Source: Pseudomonas phage PaBG | DNA: 64,000 bases | Sequence record: KF147891.1 | Direction: 5' to 3' (one strand) | Shown: one piece after another, positions 38,355-49,064 of the stretch | Layout of the letters: each line of letters begins with the position of its first letter | Numbering within the stretch: the stretch's first letter is position 1 | Program-made: the position numbers and the translations under genes | Notes under the pieces: generated by a model | What the model saw: only the letters and a program-made list of their open reading frames with translations | Databases searched by the model: none | Told to the model about the DNA's origin: nothing

Positions 38355-40232
38355 TCAGAACTCGATGTGACGAGCCTTGGTGCTGTGCGTAAGCGGAGTG
38401 CGTTGGTTGCGTGTGATGTCAGCCAACTGGCGTGCAATCTTGCGGTTGACACGCTCATTCGCCAGCTTCTGGTTTGGCAACCAGCGACGTTTGCCGTCGT
38501 GTGTCTCGCCAGCAACTTCCATTGCCTCGCCGAAATTGCGTTGAGCCAGTGCTTTCATGCGACCAGTACCTTCACTGAGCACGGAGCCACGAACGCCACG
38601 GTTGTAGTTCTCGTAGAACAGGTCAGTACGTGCCATTGCAGCAGCAAGTGCTTCGTCACCCCCGCCGGCAGAGTCACCTTCAGGCATGTACTCCTTCTTA
38701 ACGTCGGCGAGACGCTTCTGGTACTTGCCGATACGCTTGAGCAGCTCGAAGTCGTCTTCCTGGTCAGCGAGCAAGGCGTCGAGGTTGAACCCGCCGGCAG
38801 CAGCCATAGCGCGAAGAGGCACAGGAACGCCTTTCTCGGTCAGAGCTTGCAGCATATCGAGATACGCCTGATCGCCTTCAGGCTTGAGCTGCTTGGCCCA
38901 GTGCACCGACGGAATCAACAGGCGAGAACCGTCCTGCAGAATCTCATGGTTGGACATCGAATCAAACTTGTCCAGCATGTTGCCTTTGATGGACAGCTTG
39001 CCGCTACGGTTCACGGTGAATCCGTGCAGCGCCGACACCAGCGGGAAGATTTTGTTGTAGAACAGCTTCGTGGTGATCGTGTCACGATACGAACGCAGAG
39101 CTTCGATGAACACGGTCAGCGACGTGTCCGCGTTGGAGTACGTGGCCTCACCGCTCAGGAAGGACTCGGAGATACCCAGGGCGCGCAGCTTCATCGCCAT
39201 GGTTTGATCCCAGATGTCCGTTACCTTCCAGAAGTCACCACCTTGGCGAATCTCCTCAGTGCTAATACCCATACGGGTTGCGATAACCGCACCCAGTGGG
39301 TCAGCGTCAGCGTTCTGGAACAGCTCCATAGCCATCTGCATATCGGCCATGGTCGGTTCCCACTGGTCACCGTCACCCAAGGTGAGGTGCAGGATACCGC
39401 GCTGACGACGGGCCGACTCCACTAGCGTCCCGCGGAACAGGTTCTTTTCCAGCAGCCAGATTGGCAGGATGCGACGGAAGTACGACACACCAGTCGAATT
39501 GGTGAACGACTTGCGTGGGATGTAGATGGTCGACAGCGGGTCCAGCTCCAGTGCATCGTTACTGATCTGCTTGACGACTTCCGCACCAAGGTACTCGCGC
39601 AGCTTCTTGATCCGTGGACTGTCGCTGCCCATAACTGCCTTGTGGCTGTCAGGGAATGCCACAGTAATCAACGGGTCCTGCGAATAGAACGGCAGCGGAT
39701 CAACCTTGCAGTTCTCATACTGGTGACAGATGAGGTCTACGAAGGTGTTCTTCTGCGGGTTGTACAGCATGTTCGCAACGAACGCGCCAGTCACCTGGTG
39801 GTCAATGGACAACTCGGGCAGCAGCGTACGGATGTTCAGACGTTCGATCACTTCCTCGAACGCTGCACTCACCTTTGGGTTCTGAATGCCGCCGATGTTG
39901 AAGTCGGAGAACGGCAATGTGGACGTCAGGTCAACGCACGATCCACCGATCGGGTCGTTGTAGTAGATGTCCTTGTACAGGCGCATGATGAGCTTCTTTT
40001 GTTCAAGGTCTTCGGAGAAGACGATGTCCTTAAGAAGCGGATCAATGTCGATTTCCAGGGGGAGCGAGGACACGCTGGTGTTTTTCAGCGGAGTACCTGC
40101 GGTAGCCTCAAACCCTTTGCCGCCTTTGCCTCGACGACCTGTATCATGGACACCAATATCGCGTGACGAGGTTGTGCCTGTACTTTGCGGCGCACCCTGA
40201 TGGATGAAACTCTGTTTGGACTTGATGCGCAT
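38355..40232 (-). CDS. portal protein
   Basis: 625 aa, separated from terL by one small gene. Size and helical core composition typical of portal proteins. No motif-level confirmation possible by eye. Confidence 0.5.
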   Translation of the reverse strand: MRIKSKQSFIHQGAPQSTGTTSSRDIGVHDTGRRGKGGKGFEATAGTPLKNTSVSSLPLEIDIDPLLKDIVFSEDLEQKKLIMRLYKDIYYNDPIGGSCVDLTSTLPFSDFNIGGIQNPKVSAAFEEVIERLNIRTLLPELSIDHQVTGAFVANMLYNPQKNTFVDLICHQYENCKVDPLPFYSQDPLITVAFPDSHKAVMGSDSPRIKKLREYLGAEVVKQISNDALELDPLSTIYIPRKSFTNSTGVSYFRRILPIWLLEKNLFRGTLVESARRQRGILHLTLGDGDQWEPTMADMQMAMELFQNADADPLGAVIATRMGISTEEIRQGGDFWKVTDIWDQTMAMKLRALGISESFLSGEATYSNADTSLTVFIEALRSYRDTITTKLFYNKIFPLVSALHGFTVNRSGKLSIKGNMLDKFDSMSNHEILQDGSRLLIPSVHWAKQLKPEGDQAYLDMLQALTEKGVPVPLRAMAAAGGFNLDALLADQEDDFELLKRIGKYQKRLADVKKEYMPEGDSAGGGDEALAAAMARTDLFYENYNRGVRGSVLSEGTGRMKALAQRNFGEAMEVAGETHDGKRRWLPNQKLANERVNRKIARQLADITRNQRTPLTHSTKARHIEF

Positions 40233-40239
40233 GATTACC

Positions 40240-40794
40240 TCAATCGCTGACCTTGTATTGCTTCTTCACTTCGCGGATGCGGTAGATGAAGAAACGACCT
40301 TGGCTCTCGGCGGCTTCGAGTTGCTTGGCGAGCTTCAAGGACACATCCTCGTAAACCCAGTGAACGTCGCTGTGGAAGACGACGTGTAGTTCCTTTGCCT
40401 TCTTGTCGAGCCAGGCGCGTGCCAGATTGGACGAGTCGATCTGTAGGACGTACAGGTTCGGATCGTTCTTGTCAGGCACATTGGAGGGCGTGCGCTTTCC
40501 CTTGCTGGATTTGACAGGAGCGTCAAGGCCACCCGTGCCCGCTTCAACAGGCACAGAACGAATCTTACCCTTCCAGCCTCTGGAGTTGTTGATAATGCGC
40601 TTGGCATCTTTTTCCTTGATCTTGAAGCGCACGTCGAGGTCGGAGCGCGCAACGACGTAGTGGTTGGCGCCGATCTTGCGATAGCCGAACTTGGCTTCTT
40701 TAACCAACTGGAGGTCGAACTCTGGATGATCAGTCACCAGCACCACATCGCGGCCCTGATACAGGAACCATTTATACCGTGAAATGTCGATCAT
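40240..40794 (-). CDS. hypothetical protein (184 aa) between terminase and portal
   Basis: Minus-strand ORF. Basic central region. Confidence 0.4.
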   Translation of the reverse strand: MIDISRYKWFLYQGRDVVLVTDHPEFDLQLVKEAKFGYRKIGANHYVVARSDLDVRFKIKEKDAKRIINNSRGWKGKIRSVPVEAGTGGLDAPVKSSKGKRTPSNVPDKNDPNLYVLQIDSSNLARAWLDKKAKELHVVFHSDVHWVYEDVSLKLAKQLEAAESQGRFFIYRIREVKKQYKVSD

Positions 40795-40798
40795 GTTA

Positions 40799-42967
40799 TC
40801 ACCTACGTGCGCTGCCCATTATACCGAGGGTTCCGATGCCACCAGAGCCTCCGCCGATACCTCCACCGCCGCCAGAATATAGGCGAGACGCCGCGATTGC
40901 TACTGGGCGTGTGTTTGCTACAGCCTCGGGGGCAGCCATTAGAATGGCTTGATATTCCTCTTCCTGCAATCCACGAACTGCGAGCGACATGGCTCGGTAG
41001 GTATCGTCAGTGTACCCATCAGCTTTGTCCACCATGCGTGTGGTGTCTTTGACTGTAGCCATCTGCATCAGCAGGTGAGACACCGGCTGCCCATCGAAGC
41101 AGAGCGGGTAGTGCTCATCGTCAAACTCAATGCACTCGCGGAACGTCTGGCGCTCGGCCACAGGTAGTACCAACTCACCCTGTTGGAGAAGCGTCTTGAC
41201 TGCGAACATGTCCTTGTACTTCAAGGAATACTGCTCGGCGATTTCAAGTTCTTCCCGAAGAATCTTGGCGTCCTGCAACAACTTCACAGAGTTCCAGCGG
41301 TCGGCCAGCAGGATTCGCACGTTGCGCGCTTCCATGATGGGCATGATCACTTCGGTGAAGATGCGACTGTGGTTCAGCGGTGCGCCGCGCTCTGGGATGA
41401 TTTCAAACACGCACTCGATCTGGACCTTGTTGTAGTCGTCTAGTCGAGCACAAACACCTGCGAAAGAGTTGTTCGTGAGTCCGGCGTCCAGAGCAAGGAG
41501 TGATGGGTACTTGCTCTTTTTGAGCTTCTTGATTTCGGCCCATGTAAAGGACTCGCCTCGTTTCTTAGAGTGCTTAACACGGCGAACGAGACGGATCGTA
41601 TTTTTCTTGTCACCTTGAGCATCTTCAATCTCGGTGTGATTCTGCAGGAACGTGTTGGCCGCCAGTGGAGGCACGGCACCGTAGTCACGTTCCGCGTTAA
41701 GTGGGTCTGTGCGATACGCCTCGGAAATGACCTTGGAGTTTCGCGGCAGGGTTGGGTTCACTTCCCAAGTGGGGCGCACAACACCGTACATGATGTCCGA
41801 GTGCTCTGCACGACGTACCAGGGTCATGATCATATCGTTCCGACTCGCAGGCGACGACACGTTCATGGCGTACCCAGGGTAGACATCATCGTACCCAAGG
41901 TTGATCAGACGTTCAGCGGCACCACGAACAGTCAGCAATGAACGGTCGAGAGCGCCCGCCACTTCGTGGGCGTTGTCCTTTACCTTCTTGGTGTCACGGT
42001 TCGCATCGAAGTAGCCGATTTCGTCGATTGCGGTGAAGTAACGAGTACGACCACGGAGAACCCGCTTGTCCGGGCCAGCCGGATAGGCCATCAGACCACG
42101 GCTCGGGTAAGCCACGTAGGTATCGTTGAACTTCAGGAGCTTCTCGCCGTACTTTTCCTCGTAATGACGCAGCATGCCGTGATACTCGCGGAACCATTGC
42201 GATTCCGTGAGCGTGGCATAGAAGTTCTGCCACAAGGTGTCTTTCGCCTGCGCGTAGGTCAGCGCAACGAAGGTACAGTGAAGCATGGTGCCCGTCTTCA
42301 ACCCGTAGAATGCGTTCGGGTTTTGCAACTTGAGGAGGCGATGCGTATGGTAGGGTGCAAAGTAACCGGCGATGGACAGAGACTTACCAGAACGCTGGCC
42401 GGCACAGACCGCCAACTCCTGGATAAACTTCATCTTGCCTTTCTTGATGAGCTTCGACCGACCCCATCCGCAATGCGGGCAGACGCCGTGCTCAAGCATG
42501 GCTACCTTGCGCTCCAGTTTACGGTAGGTATCATCCACCTTGTGATCGACGTACAGATACTCTACGTCGGAACACCGTGGGCAATACTCGTTGAACGTGA
42601 TGATGCCCCAGGTCAACTGCTCGATGTACGGCTTCTCACCGTTGGTCATCGCAAAGCGGTCGTTGGTACACCATTCGTACACGTTCTTCGCTACCGGAAT
42701 GCCGGAGTCGTCAATCTTCATATCACGAGGTACGAGGATTTTGGAATCCACGACCTCGCGAATGGTGCGGGCAATGTCGATTTCCTGCTCGTCAAAATTG
42801 CCGGCAGTGATCGCGTGCGCCGCCTTGTTCATGTTCTCTGGATCGAAGTCTTGCGCGGCTACTTCACCGCCACGCAGACCACTCAAGAACTTGAACGGGT
42901 CAGCTAGGGCAACATCGTACGGATTTGCTCCTTTTAGATTCTTGCCCTTTTTGATCTTCATGGTCAC
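40799..42967 (-). CDS. terL: terminase large subunit, with N-terminal Cys4 zinc-finger extension
   Basis: Walker A VCAGQRSGKSLSIAGYF. Walker B and C-terminal RNaseH-like nuclease region (ILLADRWNS). N-terminal CPRCSDVEY...CPHCGW. Confidence 0.8.
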   Translation of the reverse strand: MTMKIKKGKNLKGANPYDVALADPFKFLSGLRGGEVAAQDFDPENMNKAAHAITAGNFDEQEIDIARTIREVVDSKILVPRDMKIDDSGIPVAKNVYEWCTNDRFAMTNGEKPYIEQLTWGIITFNEYCPRCSDVEYLYVDHKVDDTYRKLERKVAMLEHGVCPHCGWGRSKLIKKGKMKFIQELAVCAGQRSGKSLSIAGYFAPYHTHRLLKLQNPNAFYGLKTGTMLHCTFVALTYAQAKDTLWQNFYATLTESQWFREYHGMLRHYEEKYGEKLLKFNDTYVAYPSRGLMAYPAGPDKRVLRGRTRYFTAIDEIGYFDANRDTKKVKDNAHEVAGALDRSLLTVRGAAERLINLGYDDVYPGYAMNVSSPASRNDMIMTLVRRAEHSDIMYGVVRPTWEVNPTLPRNSKVISEAYRTDPLNAERDYGAVPPLAANTFLQNHTEIEDAQGDKKNTIRLVRRVKHSKKRGESFTWAEIKKLKKSKYPSLLALDAGLTNNSFAGVCARLDDYNKVQIECVFEIIPERGAPLNHSRIFTEVIMPIMEARNVRILLADRWNSVKLLQDAKILREELEIAEQYSLKYKDMFAVKTLLQQGELVLPVAERQTFRECIEFDDEHYPLCFDGQPVSHLLMQMATVKDTTRMVDKADGYTDDTYRAMSLAVRGLQEEEYQAILMAAPEAVANTRPVAIAASRLYSGGGGGIGGGSGGIGTLGIMGSARR

Positions 42968-43953
42968 TTCCTCGATGCACGAACACCCACTGTGTTCTGC
43001 GGCATGTGCTCCATGTCAGGATCAACTCCTGACTTGGTAACAGTTGCCGCATAGTGTTTGGTCATTGCAGCGATGGCGTCTGGGATGCGCTTGCGGTTCA
43101 GAGCGAGAATCACCTCGTCGGCCGTCTTGATTGACAGGCGCATCAGCAGGGTATTCTTCATCTTCTCCGGGAGCGACATCTGGTTGACTATGGAGGTCAC
43201 TATGTTGAGGCGCGAGATTGGCACCAAAGCGTCAGGGATCGCTTCGTCCAACTCGATTTCCATGTCCAGACCATCACGCAATGCTGCTTCTACGAAATTA
43301 GAAGCATCGTGGTGTGCGAACAGAAGGGATGCCGACTCTAGCAGAGTGTTGCGCAGCACTTCCTCTTTGGCCTGTGTGCCCTCACGCACTTCGGCCAATA
43401 TGTGGTCTGGAACTTCGATTTCGTTCTCACCTTTGACCGGATACTCGGTTGGGCGATAGTTGATACCGTCGTGCATCTTGTTGTGTTGGTGCCCATCATC
43501 ATCTGGGAACTCAACTTCGATTTCCATTACCTCTGGGAAATCGTCATCGTCGTCTTGCGGAGGCACTGTGACGTATTCTGGCTCTGGAGCGACAGTCGGT
43601 TTTGGCTTAGAAACGACTGTGCCGAGAGTAGGCAGTTTCTTGGCCTTTTCTCGGCAGACAGTTGTTGGGATGGTAAGCTCAGGGTTATAACGAACCCCGT
43701 GGAAAGCCAAACTGGGGACATTGTCCCCAGTGTGGTTTTCGAGCATTCCGAAGAGAGCCGCACTAAGCGAGAGCGTAGTCTCCTGCGACTTCTTCCTCTT
43801 CGTCTCCGCTTCGTTTCTTTTTCTTGGATTTCCGAGGCTCATCGTCAGACTCGCTTCGTTTTCCTTTCTTGCCTTTCTTGGACTTGTCGCCTTTCCGTTT
43901 CTTGGAAGGCGCATCTTCTTCGTCATCCTCTGATGAGTAGTCAACCTGCGCAT
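42964..43953 (-). CDS. hypothetical protein upstream of terL (possible small terminase subunit by position). True start uncertain because the N-terminus overlaps dnaB.
   Basis: Position only. Acidic central region. Overlaps the helicase gene by 190 nt, so an internal start is likely. Confidence 0.25.
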   Translation of the reverse strand: MRRLTTHQRMTKKMRLPRNGKATSPRKARKENEASLTMSLGNPRKRNEAETKRKKSQETTLSLSAALFGMLENHTGDNVPSLAFHGVRYNPELTIPTTVCREKAKKLPTLGTVVSKPKPTVAPEPEYVTVPPQDDDDDFPEVMEIEVEFPDDDGHQHNKMHDGINYRPTEYPVKGENEIEVPDHILAEVREGTQAKEEVLRNTLLESASLLFAHHDASNFVEAALRDGLDMEIELDEAIPDALVPISRLNIVTSIVNQMSLPEKMKNTLLMRLSIKTADEVILALNRKRIPDAIAAMTKHYAATVTKSGVDPDMEHMPQNTVGVRASRK

Positions 43954-45229
43954 CGGGCATGTTCTCAGCGGTCATGATGTCGTACCGCTCAGCCAGCTCG
44001 AAGTTAAACACCTCACCGTCACGGTCTTTCTCAACCCGAATCGGCAAGATGCGCAGTTCACGTTGCTCTTGCTTGGTGTAGTTCCACTGCCACATGGTGT
44101 CGGCGTGTTCTTTGATACCCTTCGAGTAGCGCAGCTTATCTGTGGTATCGTCCAACTGAGCAAGGATAACCACAAGGCACTTGCTGCCTTCACGACTGAA
44201 TCGCTTGGACACGGCCGCAACTTCGGAGAGCTTGAACCACTGAGACTCGTGGTCCATGCCAGCGAGAAGGCCGATGTAGTCGATCATCACGATCTGGTAG
44301 CTGAACGGCTTGATCATGCGGTACACGTCGTCAATCGACATGGCTCGCGTTGGGCTGATCGTGGTGTAGACGATGCCGTGCTTCTGCCCGTGCTCACTGA
44401 ACAGACGGAAGGCTTCCTTGATCTTGTGCTTGTCGCCGGAGGTGAGCTTGTTCTCCTTAAACTTGTTGAACGGAATCTTCGTCAGGTGCGACGCAAGCCT
44501 TCGTGTCTCTTGTTCCTCGTCCATTTCCAAACTGATCCGACACACGGACTTGTTGGACTTGCGGTAGAGGTAAACACTCAGGTTCATCGCAACGGTCGAT
44601 TTACCACCGGACGTAGTTGCCGAGATAATGAACACGCCATGTTCTGGCAGGCCGCCGTTTCGCTTGTCGTACTCAGCATAGCCAGTCTTGATTCGCGGCT
44701 CGACCGTTCGGTTGATGATGTTGTCCACGATTTGCGCGGACGAGTCATTCGTACCGAAGTTGAGGAAGAACTGGTCATCGGCAAGGCTGGCGTTGGCGCG
44801 GCTCACAGCTTCCGTTACGTCGGAGAGCAGAGAATCAACGTCGATGTCTGGCTTGTCGAGAGCCGCGAAGCTGTCTTGGGCAATCGCGTAAATCGCACGA
44901 ATCTTGCGGTACCGCTCAAGTACATCCAGCAGGTTGCCTATCTGCTTTTTGTTCTTGCACGGCTTGGCCTTTTTAATCTGGGACTTCAATGCGTCCCGCA
45001 GGTCTTCATCGATTACAGGATCGGCAGCCAGGCTGTTGAAGTCAACGATTTCAAATCGCTTCTTGGCCAGGGTGTCGATCCGCTTGAATGCTTCGAGCGT
45101 AGGAGCATTGTGGAAATGCTCCTTACTCAGCTTACCGAGAAGGGTGCTGCGGACGCCAGCAGGGATGGACTCGTCGGTCAGTGTCTTGATGCACCGAACT
45201 TCGGAGTCCTGATCATATAGCAGCGCCAT
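43763..45229 (-). CDS. replicative DNA helicase (DnaB family)
   Basis: Walker A ATTSGGKSTVAMNL. H1a ISLEMDEEQ. MIDYIGLL (compare IVIDYLQLM). DnaB-like N-terminal domain. Lys/Asp-rich C-terminal tail. Confidence 0.8.
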   Translation of the reverse strand: MALLYDQDSEVRCIKTLTDESIPAGVRSTLLGKLSKEHFHNAPTLEAFKRIDTLAKKRFEIVDFNSLAADPVIDEDLRDALKSQIKKAKPCKNKKQIGNLLDVLERYRKIRAIYAIAQDSFAALDKPDIDVDSLLSDVTEAVSRANASLADDQFFLNFGTNDSSAQIVDNIINRTVEPRIKTGYAEYDKRNGGLPEHGVFIISATTSGGKSTVAMNLSVYLYRKSNKSVCRISLEMDEEQETRRLASHLTKIPFNKFKENKLTSGDKHKIKEAFRLFSEHGQKHGIVYTTISPTRAMSIDDVYRMIKPFSYQIVMIDYIGLLAGMDHESQWFKLSEVAAVSKRFSREGSKCLVVILAQLDDTTDKLRYSKGIKEHADTMWQWNYTKQEQRELRILPIRVEKDRDGEVFNFELAERYDIMTAENMPDAQVDYSSEDDEEDAPSKKRKGDKSKKGKKGKRSESDDEPRKSKKKKRSGDEEEEVAGDYALA

Positions 45230-45236
45230 GTGTCAG

Positions 45237-45638
45237 TCACTCATCAACCCAGATGGAAAGCTCCGGATACTTCTCGGTAACGGCCTTCACCCAGACGTTC
45301 CAAGGCGCACAGTCCTCGACAACATTCAGGTGAACTACTTGCCGCGTGTTGTTCGACGTCGGATTCATATCCGAGGCCGAGACGCTGCGTCGCTTGTACT
45401 TGTTGATCTTGAGGCGCTTGAACGGCGTCTCAAGAGCACGAACGGCTGCCTCGAAGTCGGGACGGTTGACGACGATGCGGTCGCTAACAATACCGAAGGC
45501 ACGGTTCGTGGTGATGTTTTGATTCTCCTTGACCACTTTGCTGATGTGAAGGAACAGCAGTCGCTTGAAGCTGTCCTCTGTTACACCGCTGAAACAGGCG
45601 AATGCAGCCTTTTCCAGAATCCAAGCGTCGGTACTCAT
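45237..45638 (-). CDS. hypothetical protein (133 aa)
   Basis: Minus-strand ORF. Confidence 0.4.
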   Translation of the reverse strand: MSTDAWILEKAAFACFSGVTEDSFKRLLFLHISKVVKENQNITTNRAFGIVSDRIVVNRPDFEAAVRALETPFKRLKINKYKRRSVSASDMNPTSNNTRQVVHLNVVEDCAPWNVWVKAVTEKYPELSIWVDE

Positions 45639-46768
45639 GCAACGCTCCTGTGCTTGATCAATTCAGTTCCAACCTTTCTCAGGAACTTAGTCAGTCTCTC
45701 TTTACACACTCCGAGGTGATCGGCGAGGTGAGGGACCACATTTTCGTGTTTGGTGCGGGAAACAAAATCCGCACAATCTTCATCCAGCTTGATGAACCCA
45801 CGCGCTCGCAGGTAGCGAGTAAAGCGCGAGTCGTCTTGGCCGCTAACGATCAGAATGGCACGACGCCGTACTCGGGACTTTCCAAGTGCGCTGACAACCC
45901 GCTCGAAGTTCAGGTCAGACAGCATCTTGCTGGAGTCGTTTTGGTTCGCCGCGTTAAGCGTACCCTCGTAACTGAAAAGCTCCTCTCCGTCGATCACGGC
46001 GAGTTGGTTCTCAGAAACACAGGTCAGGCTGAAACTCTGCCCGCCGAATCCGTCGCTCCCTGCATTGTTCATGCGACGGCGTTTGTCCGATGTCTTAGCG
46101 CTGATGATGTTGAGCGCGTGGTTGGTGCAGGTCGATCGCAGGTAGTTCAGGATGTGCGCCTGCGACTTATCGGACGGTACCATCATGTAATACGCCTTGA
46201 TGGCTTTGTACAGCAACTCGCCGTTGAAGTCCGAAAACTCCGCGTTCTCGGCGTTGACCAGGAACTTGAGCTTGCGGAAGGTCTTCTGGCGAACGTGCTT
46301 CATCAACTCAGGGTACATATCGTTGAAGTCGCGCTGCGCACGCTCTACGCTGCCTTCTTCGATGTCCTCTGGTTTCAAGGACTTGACCCTTGCGGATTTC
46401 CGCATTGACCTGCGGAACTTCGCATCCTCGAACGCACGGCGCAACAACACCGCGTCATTGCGGACAATCTCGAACGCATTGGCGAAGTGGTGGATGGTGT
46501 CCACGTTCACTGCCGACTTGCAGAGGTTGAGCGCCATGAACTTGACGTTCAAGGTGAAGTACGACTTTTCGATCAGGCTCAGGCGAAAATCTTTTGCGCT
46601 GATGTCCAGATCGCGGAAGCGTACATTGTCTTTCAGGAAATGCTGGTACGCATAAGCATCGCACACGCCACACAGGTAACGGAGCGTCTCCTGTGCAACA
46701 CGGATCGCACGCGGCTGATCCAAGTCCAACTTGAGGACGTGGCGAAGTGCAGAACACAAACTTTCCAT
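45635..46768 (-). CDS. hypothetical protein (377 aa) with C-terminal HTH-like segment
   Basis: LADHLGVCKERLTKFLRKV resembles a DNA-binding helix-turn-helix. Confidence 0.35.
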   Translation of the reverse strand: MESLCSALRHVLKLDLDQPRAIRVAQETLRYLCGVCDAYAYQHFLKDNVRFRDLDISAKDFRLSLIEKSYFTLNVKFMALNLCKSAVNVDTIHHFANAFEIVRNDAVLLRRAFEDAKFRRSMRKSARVKSLKPEDIEEGSVERAQRDFNDMYPELMKHVRQKTFRKLKFLVNAENAEFSDFNGELLYKAIKAYYMMVPSDKSQAHILNYLRSTCTNHALNIISAKTSDKRRRMNNAGSDGFGGQSFSLTCVSENQLAVIDGEELFSYEGTLNAANQNDSSKMLSDLNFERVVSALGKSRVRRRAILIVSGQDDSRFTRYLRARGFIKLDEDCADFVSRTKHENVVPHLADHLGVCKERLTKFLRKVGTELIKHRSVA

Positions 46769-46773
46769 GTTGG

Positions 46774-47607
46774 TTAATCTCCCGATACGCTGATGATTAC
46801 GTCCCCACCGGAATCGTTGCGGCTCTTACGGGGCTTGTAGCCCTTGGCTTCACGTTCCATGTTGCGACCTTCCATCATGCCGTTCACGAGGTCAACCAGG
46901 TCAATGGTCTTCTTCTGCTTACGGCGCGGGAGTTTGTTCTCTTTGAACACCGTGTCGATGGTGGTGATCTGCCCACCTGCCGACTCGTTGGTCATGTTGA
47001 GGTCGTACTCTTCCTCACAACGCAGACGCTTGGTCAGCAACCGAGTCGTGTCAGGATCGACGAGGCGGCTCTTCGCAACCATCTTCTGGCGCAGCTCGTT
47101 GAACTCTTCCACGGTGAAAATGTGGTCTTCGTTCGTGGAGCGAGCGAAAGTGAGGTTGCACTTGCCGTCCTGAGAGGTGAGGCGGATGTACTCACTGCTC
47201 ACCGACATGATCCGCGCGATCATGAAGTTGGACAGGTAGTTGGCACCAGCAGCACCACGGTAGCGTACATAAACCTTCTGGCCGAAGTGGAACCCTGCTT
47301 TTCGAGTTTTCTTCTCGTTATACAAAAGCGAGGCCAACGCACGAAGGCCTTCTTCTGGGACCGCTTGGAATAGGGACACCAGACCGTCGAAAGCATCCCG
47401 CTTCATGAGCGGTTGTAGCGCTTTCGTGTCTGCGATGAAATGCGGGCAGGCTGCCGAGGTTGAAGTCTTGTCGATCTTCGAGCATACCTGCTTGTTATCT
47501 GCGATTAGCTTTTCACACTTGAAGCCAACGCATTCACCACAGCGGGGTTGGAGGCTTTTTAGACTTGCCTTTACCTGCTTGCGTGTGCGTGTTGTCATGT
47601 CCATCAT
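46774..47607 (-). CDS. hypothetical protein (277 aa) with N-terminal Cys-rich zinc-finger-like motif
   Basis: CGECVGFKCEKL...CSKIDKTSTSAACPHF. Confidence 0.35.
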   Translation of the reverse strand: MMDMTTRTRKQVKASLKSLQPRCGECVGFKCEKLIADNKQVCSKIDKTSTSAACPHFIADTKALQPLMKRDAFDGLVSLFQAVPEEGLRALASLLYNEKKTRKAGFHFGQKVYVRYRGAAGANYLSNFMIARIMSVSSEYIRLTSQDGKCNLTFARSTNEDHIFTVEEFNELRQKMVAKSRLVDPDTTRLLTKRLRCEEEYDLNMTNESAGGQITTIDTVFKENKLPRRKQKKTIDLVDLVNGMMEGRNMEREAKGYKPRKSRNDSGGDVIISVSGD

Positions 47608-48097
47608 TCAAGTAACCCTTTTTCTTTAGTGTCTCAGCGAGACAGAGGAGCAGAGCTTGGTCCAGATTCCGAAGCCCTGAATCGATCTTGTACAGATGCA
47701 ATGCTTTATGCACCGCGTCTGGGATGCGCGAACTTACCATCCACTCCTTACCAGCAACCGAGTTATCGATGGCCGACAGGATGGAGTTCACGAGGATTTC
47801 CAGATAGGGTTTTGCGTTTAGTTCTTCATTTTCGTTCGCCCAGTAGCGGCGTTTGATGCTCCGTCCAGTTCTCGTCCTTGCCACAATAGCCTCAGCATGA
47901 GCATGAAGCTGGTTGTGGCACTGTGCGCACAGCGGAATCTGCAGGCTATCTTTTCCTCCCAGAGCCTGCGGAACCGTGTGGTGCCAATGGAGCAAGGTGA
48001 AATACTTCGTGCAAATGAAGCAGTTGCCCGAGTCGTACTTCACCAACTTGGCTGTGTTACTCATCTTCGTTGAGGCTAAACGGCAGCCCCCAATCAA
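47534..48097 (-). CDS. HNH endonuclease
   Basis: CFICTKYFTLLHWHHTVPQALGGKDSLQIPLCAQCHNQLH: Cx2C ... HH ... N ... Cx2CH HNH core. The real start is probably MSNTAKL (~48064). Confidence 0.65.
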   Translation of the reverse strand: MIGGCRLASTKMSNTAKLVKYDSGNCFICTKYFTLLHWHHTVPQALGGKDSLQIPLCAQCHNQLHAHAEAIVARTRTGRSIKRRYWANENEELNAKPYLEILVNSILSAIDNSVAGKEWMVSSRIPDAVHKALHLYKIDSGLRNLDQALLLCLAETLKKKGYLNDGHDNTHTQAGKGKSKKPPTPLW

Positions 48098-49064
48098 CCT
48101 CGACCGTTCGCAGTGTCAGGTCGAGGGCTTTGCGCTGTCGCTCGTCCACGATCCACGCCAACCACAGATTTGGGTTGCGTGGGTTGGGGACAAACTTCGT
48201 GCTCGCCAGTGCGTACCGAGTGTGCGATCGGCTGTTCACCTGTTCCAACAACTCGATGATCTTGTCGTTGGCTTCGGTAGCCGCGATTTCGCGCTTCGGC
48301 CCCGAGCGTTTGGCGATCTTGAATCCGCCTTTGACCTTGCGAACGCCGGAGTCGATGCCCAGCTTCTTGTGGTCAAACGCGAAGATGTACTGTTGTTCCA
48401 ACACCAGGTAACCGTCGCCAACGCGAGTCACCTTGAAGCCTGCCCGTTCGAGCTTGGAGGGGTCGATCTGTGCGCCGAGGTCTTTGAACAGCGGCGTGAC
48501 CGGCATCTGGAATGCCAAGAACGGCAGACCCTTCGTCGAATTTGGGAGTTTGGTGTAGAACTTACCGTAGGAAGCCGCCAGGTTCGCAATCGCCTTATCG
48601 GCGTCTGCGTCGGTGCCCATCTTCTTGCTGGTGCGGTGAGAGCGCACTTGAGCGATGTGGGCGTCCAAAGCGGACTTGATGTCGTCGTACGGGAAAGAGT
48701 CCATATAGCTCTGGACAAGTTCGCGCGTAGAGAGCCGATCATCACGGTCAGCGAAGATGGTGTTGTTGGCCAACTCCGTGGTAACGCGCAAGGTGCGAGT
48801 CAGGAGCTTGTTGATGCCAACCGGCACCAGCTCACGGGTTTCTTCGTTTGCACGATAGCCCTTGAGTTGCTGCTCAGCATCTTGTACGTCGGTGATGATG
48901 GAAGTGAGAGCCAAACGTAGCTGGCTCATTTTGATGGTGTTGCCCTGCTTAGTACCTTCGATCAGGTTGTTCAGCAGTGTGGTGGATTTCCACAGATCAA
49001 CGAGTGACCGCGGTAGTTCCGGATTTTCATTGCGCTCCAACTCTGCAATGTAAGAGTCGATCAT
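48057..49064 (-). CDS. hypothetical protein (335 aa)
   Basis: Minus-strand ORF following the large structured intergenic region. Confidence 0.4.
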   Translation of the reverse strand: MIDSYIAELERNENPELPRSLVDLWKSTTLLNNLIEGTKQGNTIKMSQLRLALTSIITDVQDAEQQLKGYRANEETRELVPVGINKLLTRTLRVTTELANNTIFADRDDRLSTRELVQSYMDSFPYDDIKSALDAHIAQVRSHRTSKKMGTDADADKAIANLAASYGKFYTKLPNSTKGLPFLAFQMPVTPLFKDLGAQIDPSKLERAGFKVTRVGDGYLVLEQQYIFAFDHKKLGIDSGVRKVKGGFKIAKRSGPKREIAATEANDKIIELLEQVNSRSHTRYALASTKFVPNPRNPNLWLAWIVDERQRKALDLTLRTVEVDWGLPFSLNEDE

